A model generated the notes under the pieces. It did no database searches and was not told the origin of the DNA. It was given only the letters and a program-made list of their open reading frames with translations. A stretch of DNA of 64,000 bases. Source: Somniosus microcephalus (Eukaryota). Position 1 is the first letter of the stretch, and each line of letters starts with the position of its first letter. Below, piece by piece: positions 49,865-59,603 of this stretch. The DNA is taken from positions 59,024,001-59,088,000 of the forward strand of contig CM126204.1 in assembly GCA_052327205.1 (NCBI GenBank). Reading direction: 5' to 3'. A program made the position numbers and the translations under genes.

Positions 49865-52800
49865 ATGCCTAAGCGAGGGAATATTAACGACTTTAATTCT
49901 GAAATAGAAGACTGGGCCACGTACGTGGAACGCATCGAGATCTATTGTGAAGCCAACAAAATAGAGGAAGACGACAAGGCGATAACATTGTTAAACTCGA
50001 TGGGCGCAAAGACATACGGGCTCTTGAAGGATTTACTAGCACCAGCTAAACCGGCGGATCAGTCTTTCGAAGAGATTGTGGTTTTCCTGAAGGACCACTT
50101 GAACCCCACACCGTTGATGTTGGCTGAACGATTCAAATTCTATGCAAGAACGCAACGGAAAGACGAAAACAACGCAGAATACTTGGTCGAACTGCATAGG
50201 CTAGCGAAATACTGCCAGTTCGGAGGGAATCTGACAGAGGCACTGCGAGACAAGTTCGTAGGCGGATTGTCCAAGGAAGGGACGCAAAAGCGCCTACTAG
50301 AAGAGAACGACCTTACACTTGACAGGGCTGTCCTTATAGCCGCATCACACGAAGCCGCAGCGAAAGGAACGGCGGAAATGCAACTAAAGGCGGCGGCGCT
50401 CGGGGTGGACCAAATTACCTCGAGTACAACAAAATGCTATCGTTGTGGGAAGACAACACACAACCAGAATCAATGCTGGTTTAAGAACCAAGAATGTAGG
50501 AAATGTGGCAAACTGGATCACATCGCTAAGGTATGCCGGTCAGGGAAGAAGACCAACAACCAAAGGAAGCCATCACAAGAAAAGGACAACAAGGTATACA
50601 AGGGGGCTGAGAAGAGTTCAGACGAACAGAATCCAGACTCAGATCCAAACGGCCAGGAGCTGGGTAGTCTGAGTATCCACCATGTGAGTAAGGAAGCTGA
50701 CCTACAAACTATCTGGGTCATGCTAAAAATAGCTGGAGTCCAAGTGAAAATGGAGTTGGACACTGGATCAGCTGTATCAGTCATAAATCGAGGGGATTAC
50801 CACCGGCTATTCTCACACATACCCTTAAGAGATACCGGGCTGAAAATTCAGTAGGGTTAGCGCCCCATTTGAGGCGCTAGAGGGCCTTGCGCCGGAGTTA
50901 TGGCCGGTTTGTAAATTCAGTGGGGCCCTGCCATCGGCGTTAGACCGGTTGCGCTGCGCCGGCACCGATGACGTCATCGGTGTGCGCAGCGTCCCGGTTG
51001 CCGTGGTGACGGGCCCCAACGCCGAAATTGAGTTGCGGCCGCCTCGCCCGTGGCAGCCGCAACTAACGATGTTTCAGCAGAGTCCTACGCGAGTTAGCGC
51101 CGGCGCATTAAGGTCGCGCGGCGGCCGGCCGCTTTCCCACCGGCCGCCTGCCCGCACCTCCCTCCCCGGACTCCTCCACCCCCCCGCCGCGGAACAGATG
51201 CGTCTGGCCTGCGAGCCCGGCACTTCTCCGAGGTGCCGGGCTCATTTTTTTCAAGATTTCAACGGCCAGCGGGCGGGTGCAGGCAGCTCCTCCTTAACTG
51301 AAGGAGGAGGCCTGCACTTCCCCAGCCTGCCGCACCGCATCGGGTGCCGCAGCGCCGGAATTGCGCCGCAATGCGGCAGTCAGCGCCCATTTCGAGGCGC
51401 TGACACCCTCCTGTAGCGCCGGCAGCCGTTTGGGCGCGGCGCTACTGAATTTTTGGTGCGCGCAGGGGGACTTAGCGCCGGCGCTAAATTTCCGGCGCTA
51501 AAGCCCTGGCGCGGCGCCAACTGAATTTCTAGGCCACCAAGTTCGTATTGCAGACATACACGGGGCATAAAGTATACCCCATGGGAAAAATAAGAGTCAA
51601 GGTGAGAGATAGGGGTAAAGAACACCCAAGAATGAACTTGTATGTACTACATGAGGGAGGACCACCACTTCTAGGATGGGAGTGGATCAAGAAAATAGAC
51701 ATGGAATGGCACTACCAACAAGCAATGACGAGTGAGGACTCGGTGCAGACAAGCAGCTCAGACTCTGAGCCAGAAGACGATAAGTCCAGCCCACGTATGA
51801 AAAACAAGGTTAACATGAACTCACTGACTAAGGTTGGAAAAACGATGGCGTGCATAAAGACAGAGAATTCTGAGTCTGTTCAAGTCACAGACATATGCAT
51901 TACGGAGGAACACCGAGCTCGAACTCAACGTTATTTCAAAGTACGACAACAATTCGAACAATTAAGTTACCGTCTCGTACAGGAGATGAAAACAATGAAA
52001 AAGTTCTATGACACCGAATGGGAGAGTCTGGAAAGACAACAGAACCTGCTGGCTCAAGCAGAGAGCGACCATAGAGCCATCGTGACCAATTACCGATCAC
52101 ACCTCCCTTATGATGTTCAGGAGTTAGAATATTTGCATGATCTAGAGATACAGCATAAAGGCAAACCACGCTACACTGAGGATTTTGTTCTGCAATTAGA
52201 GACGGAGCTAGTGCAGGCAAGGTTAAGAGAAGCTGAATCGCAGTGTGCACTTAAAGAGATGCAGAAAAAAATCTTGGACATGGAAAAGAGAAACGCTTCT
52301 TTACCTGATGTGAATAATGTGGCCATGTTGCAAGAGGAGCTTATCACTCAGTTAAATGAAAATAAAGGGAAAATGACTGAGATAGACTGCAAGAATAAAG
52401 AAGATTTGATGGCAGTGAGACTTCAAGAGGCAGATAGCATAGCAGCCTTGGCTGAACTCCAACAGGAAATTGCGAAAGAAGCAAATGAAGAGGAATCTTC
52501 AGGAAGCCGGGATTTTATTCCAGTTCTTCTCTACGACTCCTTACAAGCAGAGTGTGAGAAGTGGAAAGAACAGTATGAACAGGCCCAGGCTACAATTCTG
52601 GAGGGGATTAACTCGGCAACCTCCGAAAAGCTAGTTTCAGTAGAAGCATATGAACAACTAAAGGTTGAACATGAGCAAGAAGTCCAAAGGCTGCAGGAAA
52701 TTCTTGATGAGCTCAAGGCCAAGACAGACTCATCGGTAGAAGTTCCATCCATAGGTGAGAATTTAGCGGTGAAAGACATGGCAGAACATGAAAGACAAGA

Positions 52801-53737
52801 TGTCCAAGAACTCATAAAAATATTGGAGGAAACCCAAGACAAATATGAGGCGGCAATGACCGAGGTTCAACAACTTGAAGAACAGATTCAACTGGGAATC
52901 CTTTCAGTGGAAGAACAGGACACTGTAAGAACGGTCCCTAAACATGAACTAGAGAGCATCAGGGCGCAACTTTTCCGAGCGCTGAAAGCCAAAGTTCAAG
53001 AGGAACGTAAGGTGGAAGTATTGGAGAAAGAGGTGGAGGAAATGGAGAAGACTCTGATCCACCGTGTTCCCAGGGAAGAGTTAACGGTCAGCCAACTCCT
53101 TCATATGCTGAAGGACAAGACTCTGCAAGGGGAACAATCTGAACACGAGCTTCAATCTTCAGGGGGAACGAGTTCGGAGCTCTCAAAGGTCACGGAGATA
53201 GCTGAGGTGGCAACACAAATTTTACAAGGATGCCAAAAGTACGTTGAATCACGTCAAGGTGAACAGAAGAATGTGGAAACCGTTACTTCAGTAGAAGGAT
53301 TAAATAGCCTGATACCGCAATCCCCGGTGGAAGGGAAGGTATTGAACTCACAAATGAGGTCAGTAGTGAAGGAATGGCAGACAACCCAGGAAGAGTGGGA
53401 TGAATATGAATGCATGAAGAAGTCTTTTCAAGAAAGATGTCTAGGGAAGGAACCACCGTCAGCTAACGTCCAGACGGGTGAGGAGGAAGAAGAAGGCTCT
53501 CTCGCTGGCCTAACTCAGGACGAACCCGAATATTACCATGACCTGTTGAGTGACACTGAATATTGCGAGGATGTGGCCTGCCCAGCTTGTGATGAAAACT
53601 CCCAAAGTGCTGAAATCCGGAGGAAGCACTTAAGGTCTAAGGAACATAGAGAGTTGGTGGCGCTACAGCTGGCAGCCGAGAAAGGAGCTCCGAGAGTTTC
53701 AAAAAGGCAGAAAAGAAAAAGAAGAAGCAGAAGATAA
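49865..53737 (+). CDS. Gag-protease-coiled-coil mosaic fusion (1056 aa after removing the MITE)
   Basis: ORFs 49865-50854 and 51548-53737 are in one frame; excising 50837-51538 gives HIPLRDTKFVLQTYTG, colinear with B1 HIPLRDTEIVLKTYMG. Confidence 0.85.
50837..51535. mobile_element. PIF/Harbinger MITE, 699 bp, inserted in the protease of D
   Basis: TIRs gggctgaaaattcagt...actgaatttctaggcc; TSD acc at 50834-50836 and 51536-51538; dense agcgcc motifs. Confidence 0.9.
51947..52042 (+). other. STK10: Captured STK10/SLK-like coiled-coil fragment
   Basis: QQFEQLSYRLVQEMKTMKKFYDTEWESLERQQ resembles recalled STK10 [31 protein letters not shown]. Confidence 0.65.
52169..52474 (+). other. EVI5: Captured EVI5-like coiled-coil fragment (internally deleted)
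   Basis: EDFVLQLETELVQARLREAESQCALKEMQ...LQEEL and TQL...EIDCKNKEDLMAVRLQEADSIAALAEL resemble two separate recalled EVI5 segments. Confidence 0.85.
52478..53080 (+). other. ANKRD24: Captured ANKRD24-like (RAI14/UACA family) coiled-coil fragment
   Basis: IPVLLYDSLQAE resembles recalled ANKRD24 IPLALYDSLRAE; a family C-terminal motif HRAIVTNYRSHL.Y.VQ also occurs at 52037-52120. Confidence 0.6.
53480..53665 (+). other. DNAJC21: Captured DNAJC21-like C2H2 zinc-finger fragment
   Basis: CPACDENSQSAEIRRKHLRSKEHRELVAL resembles recalled DNAJC21 [29 protein letters not shown]. Confidence 0.65.
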
Positions 53738-54208
53738 TAACTGTCTAAAATATTAGCACTTCTACCATCTCAGGCGGAACACTACGAAAGGAGCTAAATT
53801 AGTTGAAAAACTGGAAAATGTCAAGACAGCCAGTTGGTTGTAAAAGTCCGCACTGCTGGTTCAACAGGACGAAAGTTCAAGCTGCTACGTCAAGAAAAAG
53901 GCTATGGAGGAGTCACGCTAGCCAGGTGAACCGGCTACCCCAAAGAAATGTTGTTCGGAACGAGTCAAGATCAGAGACTGAATCTATGAACTGTTTCCGC
54001 AGAGACGGAACCTGTGAACTGTTTCCACCGAGATTATATTTGTAAATTGTTTTATATGACATTGACTCCACCGAGATTATAGCTGTAATTTGTTTTATAG
54101 GAAGTTGAAGATATGTATGTTTAACGGGGACTCTGTAAGTAATAAGCTAAAAAGGGAGGATTGTAGTGTATGTACCCGTCTACCTTTAAGGGAACTATTG
54201 AATGTAAC

Positions 54209-54294
54209 GATAGCAAAATACTGCAGATGTTGGAAATCCGAAATAACAACATGTTGCCTGACTTGCTGAGTTTTTCCAGCATTTTCTGTTGTTA
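54209..54294. mobile_element. 86-bp inverted Penelope-terminus insertion in the 3' LTR of D
   Basis: 13-bp TSD tattgaatgtaac at 54196-54208 and 54295-54307; sequence matches both termini of 2318-3310; absent from the 5' LTR. Confidence 0.88.
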
Positions 54295-54824
54295 TATTGA
54301 ATGTAACCGTTTACCTTTAAGGGAACTACTTTAGGTGTGGCACTATTTGTTTGGCTTCTGTATACTGTAATACCGATAGTGACCACACCAGCATATAAAT
54401 GTTGTAGCAGGATTTCTGGGGCAGATTCGCCCTGACCTCTGAATAGTAAAGACCTGTTTGTTTGTACTTCAAAAGTCTGTGTATTTATTTACTGCACAAC
54501 CCACAGACTTTACAGTAGTGTCATGCAATTACTTTTTCCTTGAAATAGAAAAGAATTGATGTAACATTTAAAACAACTTGTGGATCCGACTGATTGTGAC
54601 AAATTTGTGAATTTGTTCCTCATTTTATGTCATTGGATCTACGTAATGTTTGGAAAATGTGTTGCACCAGTAATGGCATCCTTTTTTCTCTTTATGCTTC
54701 CAGAGAAAGGCTCCAGTTAAACAAAAATTCTGTACCTGCAAGTGAATCCTTTTCTGTGGAAAAAGTCTGAAATATAAAAAGTTGATCCCACATCTTTCTG
54801 CATGACATGCACTGATGTTTGTCA

Positions 54825-56147
54825 GTAGGGAGGTTATGTAAAACCTGTATCAAACCTTGGTTAGACCACACTTCGTGTACAGTTCTGGTCGCCATATTAT
54901 AAAAAGGATATAGAGGCACTGGAGAGGGTGCAAAGAAGGATGATACAACAAGCGAGAGTCTAACCACCTCCCCTTGAGATTCAATGGTATTACCATCACC
55001 GAATCCCCCACTATCAACATCCTGGGGGTCACCATTGACCAGAAACTTAACTGGACCAGCCACATAAATACTGTGGCAACAAGAGCAAGTCGGAGGCTAG
55101 GTATTCTGCGGCAAGTGTCTCACCTCTTGACTCCCCAAAGCCTTTCCACCATCTACAAGGCACAAGTCAGGAGTGTGATGGAATACTCTCTACTTGCCTG
55201 GATGAGTGCAGCTCCAACAACATTCAAGAAGCTCGACACCATCCAGGACAAAGCAGCCCGCTTGATTGGCACCCCATCCACCACCTTAAACATTCACTCC
55301 CTCCACCACCGGCATACCGTGGCTACAGTGTGTACCATCTACAAGATGCACTGCAGCAACTCGCCAAGGCTTCTTCGGCAGCACATCCCAAACCCGCAGC
55401 CGCTTCCACCTAGAAGGACAAGGGCAGCAGGTGCATGGGAACACCACCACCTCCAAGTTCCCCTCCAAGTCACACACCATCCTGACTTAGAAGTATACCG
55501 CCGATCCTTCATCGTCGCTGGGTCAATATCCTGGAACTCCCTCTTTAACAGCACTGTGAGAGTACCTTCACCACACGGACTGCAGTGGTTCAAGAAGGTG
55601 GCTCACCACCACCTTCTCGAGGGCAATTACAGATGGGCAATAAATGCTGGCTTTGCCAACGACGCCCACATTCCATAAAACAAATTTTTAAAAATACCAG
55701 AAATGCAAGGGTACACTATCAGGAAAGGATGAATAGGCTGGGTCTCTTTTCTCTTGCAAAAAGAAGCCTGAGGAGTGACCTAATAGAGGTCTTTAAAATT
55801 ATGACAAATTTTGATAGAGTGGATACAGAGAGAATATTTCCACTTGTGAGGCCATCAATATAAGACAGTCACCAAGAAATCCAATAGGGAATTCAGAAGA
55901 AACTTCTTTACCCAAAGAGTGGTGAGAATGTGGAACTCGCTACCACAGGGAATGCATGAAGCAAAAAGTATAGATGCATTTAAGGGGAGGCTAGACAAGC
56001 ATATGAGGGAGAAGGGAATAGAGGGTTATGCTGATAGGTTTAGATGAGGAAAGACAGGAGAAGGCTTGTGTGGAACATAAATGCTGGTTTGGACTGGTTG
56101 GGCCGAATGGCCTCTTTCTGTGCCGTATATCCTATGTAATCCTATGT
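54825..56147 (+). mobile_element. CR1 3' fragment interrupted by another LINE
   Basis: LVRPH..VQFWSP..KKDIEALERVQRR | YQERMNRLGLFSL; (cctatgtaat)n tail. Confidence 0.85.
54942..55690 (+). mobile_element. CR1/L2-group LINE 3' fragment (different family)
   Basis: ILGVTIDQKLNW..HI...YKAQVRSVMEY...WNSL, an RT C-terminal region. Confidence 0.8.
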
Positions 56148-57299
56148 TAAATGCAAGTAGGTCGACCATTATTTTAATCTACTGACCTGTTGGAAAATAT
56201 TGTACCACATATGTAAGTATACAAACTATGTGATCAATCGATGTTACTCCACAATCTCTCATTTACAAAATTTAGTCAGATGTATCAACCAGAGCTATTT
56301 CACTTCCACTTTACTACTTTTTCAGTCTCCATCCTCCACTGGATTCAACAGCTGCAATAAATTTATTTTTGACATGGAACTAGTTTATTTCAATGTTTAT
56401 ATTCCCAAAAATTCACAGAACAAGAAACTGGGACAAATTTGGAGACACATTTTCCAACTGTGCTGTTTAGGAGCTTGTACTTGTCTGAAATTTCTAACTT
56501 CAATCCCTGCTTAGGGAATTTTCAATATGGCTACCAAGGAAAATACTGCTTTATCAGAATTCACACAACAGCGAGTACGTGGAAGGGAAGTGGTGGCCGA
56601 AATCCAACCTCAGTGGTAATGACATTATGGAATATTGTCCGGTTTGATACGCAGGGAACTGTTAATTGCTGAAACCACAGGGACACAGTGGAAAATGGCT
56701 GTCAGCATCAAATGTGTGAAGCGTACAATGATGCCAAATTAAAGAAAGAGGAAATTGCCATTCCTGCAGAGATTAGCCGACAAGCACTGAGAGCAATCAA
56801 AGTGCAGAAAAGCTGCCTTAATCCCAGCTTGTTTCAGTCAATGCCTCAGAGGGGTTAAACTGTATCCATGGAGACCTGGTAAAGTTTGTCTCAGTGTTGT
56901 GGGTAACCATGCTGCAGGGAGCACAACCCTGTGGAGGAAAAACAATGGGAAGGGTCGTGGAGAATTCACTGAGGTTTAGGAAGGGAGCATGGAGAGGAGA
57001 TTTGAAGAGAAATATATTGTATGTACATGTTGCACCGTTAAAGGAGAAAAACACCGCATGCTTCCTTATTGCTTGTATGTGGCCACGAGTTTACATTTCT
57101 ACTTGAAAGATGTGCTGGCGCTAAGCTCTTTAGAAGAATTGTAATGGATTTACTCCCAGATTTTCTGGTGCACTGCGTTTATGTATTTGGGAAGTACCTA
57201 ACTGTATAAGTCTTAAACAACTACTCTGAATCACATTGTCATTTGACTCATTTGTAAATATTTACGTCCCTCCAGTTTTCTCTGCTACTCAGCTGGAAG

Positions 57300-57660
57300 T
57301 TCTGACTTTTGTTGGTTTACAGTATTACAGGTGTCGGGCACCCTCTGGTACCTCACCAAAGTGGTCCTTCTTCAGGTGTGAGCCTAGACAGTGAGTGTGA
57401 ACAGACTATTCAACTGTGGAGGGCACGAGAGCCAAGCCCAAACCTGTTCTCACCTCATATCCACACACGCACACTTTCCAGCAGGGCTCATTGGATAGTG
57501 AACAGGACCAGGAACCCTGGCTACTTTTTCCTCTTCCTAGCCCAGGGAGCCAAGCAGTATCTCTATTGTTGCACCTGCTGAGATCGGTACAGAACAGAGG
57601 GCAAACCTGGAATCCTCTTGTTCTCTATGGCTCAATTCACACTCGGCAGCTAATTTTATC
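57300..57660 (-). mobile_element. Ancient SINE-like repeat
   Basis: Inverted diverged counterpart of 5930-6290. Confidence 0.45.
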
Positions 57661-58196
57661 TACAAAACCATTGGGAAAATTGCACTTTTAAGTATTATTG
57701 ATGCAATGCAATTGAGTAATGGTGAAAATATATTGACATTAACTACTGAGTTCCTCACACAACTGTGTACAGCTGGGTAGTTTAGTCGAATCCTCTTAAA
57801 GGAATCACTGCAGTGTCTTTCAATTTGATTCCTTTGACTGGGTAGTTCTATTAAAGGACAGTTTTTGGAAGCTTTTCTTTTTGTTTGTGCATTGGGGGAA
57901 GAAATAAGGTGCTGGAACGGGAGGCAGTTATGGCAGTAGGGAACCAAAATATGGTGAGAATATCAGAAACAAGGCTAAATGCCAGAGGAGGGAAAGAAAT
58001 ATAGTTTACAGAAGTACAGAGTACTGTATTCAGAAAAGAGTCAGGGATATCTGAGGGGCAAATAAAGTTGATTCTGTGGGAGGGAAAAGCTTCAAAACTC
58101 TGGTTGGACATCTGTAATGGGAAAAAACCCACGCTAACATTAGGGGATATGTTACAGACCATTAGGTCAGCACAAGAAAGAGGAGAATTTGCTTTA

Positions 58197-58980
58197 TCTA
58201 TATATATAAAACAGTATGTCTCTCTGTCTGTCTGTCTGTCTGTCTCTCTGTCTGTCTGTCTGTCCGCTATACAGTCAAAAATTATAGAGCATACCTACAC
58301 ATATGTTATATCAAAAGAAAGCTCATCATTAGGGGACTCTTGTAGGTGTATTTACTTATTGGTCGGACAAAAATTATGCCGACAGTATCCAAAAAACTTT
58401 CAAAATTCCGCTCATTATCCGCTCATTTGCATCGAGTGGGGGCGGGTTCATTGTGTGTGCAGGCGGGCCATCCTACAGTTGAGTGATGTGATGATTGACC
58501 AATCCTACAGTTCAGCGACCTGACGGTTGACCAATCGGTGCGTGTGTGGGCGGGCCTTATCATTCTGAAATGAGGTGAGTGGCCGCCATCTTGATTCCAA
58601 ACTCTTCGCTACTTTTCCCCACTTTCTGCGTGTTTCTTTTCAAATCTACATTTCCAGCAAAAAAAAAGTTGCTTTTAAAACACAAATTGTTTTTTAAAAA
58701 AGTTAATTAATTTGTAAATCTTTTCTCTAACCTCTATAATTTTCCTACCTTTCACTGTTTTTCCAGGCCTCAAAGCCTGGGCCTCTGTTGCCCAGCCACG
58801 CCCGAGCTAGGCACCTCCCGTCGCGATCAACAAAAGGCCCGCGATCGCCGCCATCTTTGTGAAGGCTGGAGGGGGCGGGCCTGAGCCGAGCGTCGCCATC
58901 TTAGTAAAGGCGGGCGGGGCAGGAGTCAGCACGCACGCCAACTTCCGCCCGGAGCGCGACTTGAGTCCGGCAGGGCCTCA
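58197..58980 (+). mobile_element. Putative non-autonomous Helitron-like element, 5' part
   Basis: Starts A|TCtatatatataaa followed by (GTCT)n, as in several non-autonomous Helitrons; no CTRR 3' end found. Confidence 0.4.
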
Positions 58981-59603
58981 CGAAACAGGATTAATAAAAA
59001 ATGTCGTAGTAAAGGATCCCCTTGGAATGAGTGACCATAATATGGTTGAATTCCAAATTCAGTTTGAGGGTGAGAGAGTTGGATCTCAAACCAGCGTACT
59101 GAGCTTAAATAAAGGAGACTATGAAGGTATGAGAGCAGAATTGACTAAAGTGGACTGGGAAAACAGATTAAAGTGTAAGACGGTACAAGAGCAGTGGTCC
59201 ACATTCAAGGAGATATTTCACATCTTTCAAGGTAAATATATTCCACTGAGGAAAAAGGGGAGTAAAAGAAAAGACAGCCATCCGTGGCTTAGTAAAGTAA
59301 TAAAGGATAGTATCCGACTGAAAACAAGGGCATATAAAGTAGCCAAATCTAGTGGGAGGATAGAAGATTGGGAAGCATTTAAAAGCCAGCAAACAATAAC
59401 TAAAAGATTAATTAAGAAAGGGAAGATAGATTATGAAAGTAAACTAGCAAAAAATATAAAAACAGATAGCAAGAGTTTCTACAGCTATATAAAAAGAAAA
59501 AGGGTGGCTAAAGTGAACGTTGGTCCCTTAGAGGATGGGACCGGGAAACTAGTGGTGGGGAACATGGAGATGGCAAAGACGCTGAACAAATATTTTGTAT
59601 CAG
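58981..59603 (+). mobile_element. CR1 ORF2 internal fragment (APE-RT linker) cut by Gypsy E
   Basis: PLGMSDHNMVEF...PWL...KTDSKSFYSYIKRKR...LNKYFVSV. Confidence 0.9.

Larger units (their letters stand above)
48508..54514 (+). mobile_element. Non-autonomous Gypsy LTR element D carrying host-like gene fragments
   Basis: LTRs 48508-48761 and 54162-54514 (3' LTR has a 99-bp insert; about 3 substitutions); TSD gtagt; PBS tggcgacgag at 48763; PPT aaaaagggagga; no RT/RNaseH/IN core. Confidence 0.95.

Noticed and set aside
50949-51416. 155-aa ORF between gag and the mosaic ORF
   Set aside because: Lies wholly within the GC-rich MITE; incidental.
51548-53737. Possible env gene or host exon
   Set aside because: No signal peptide or transmembrane segment visible; begins with protease sequence and lies between LTRs.
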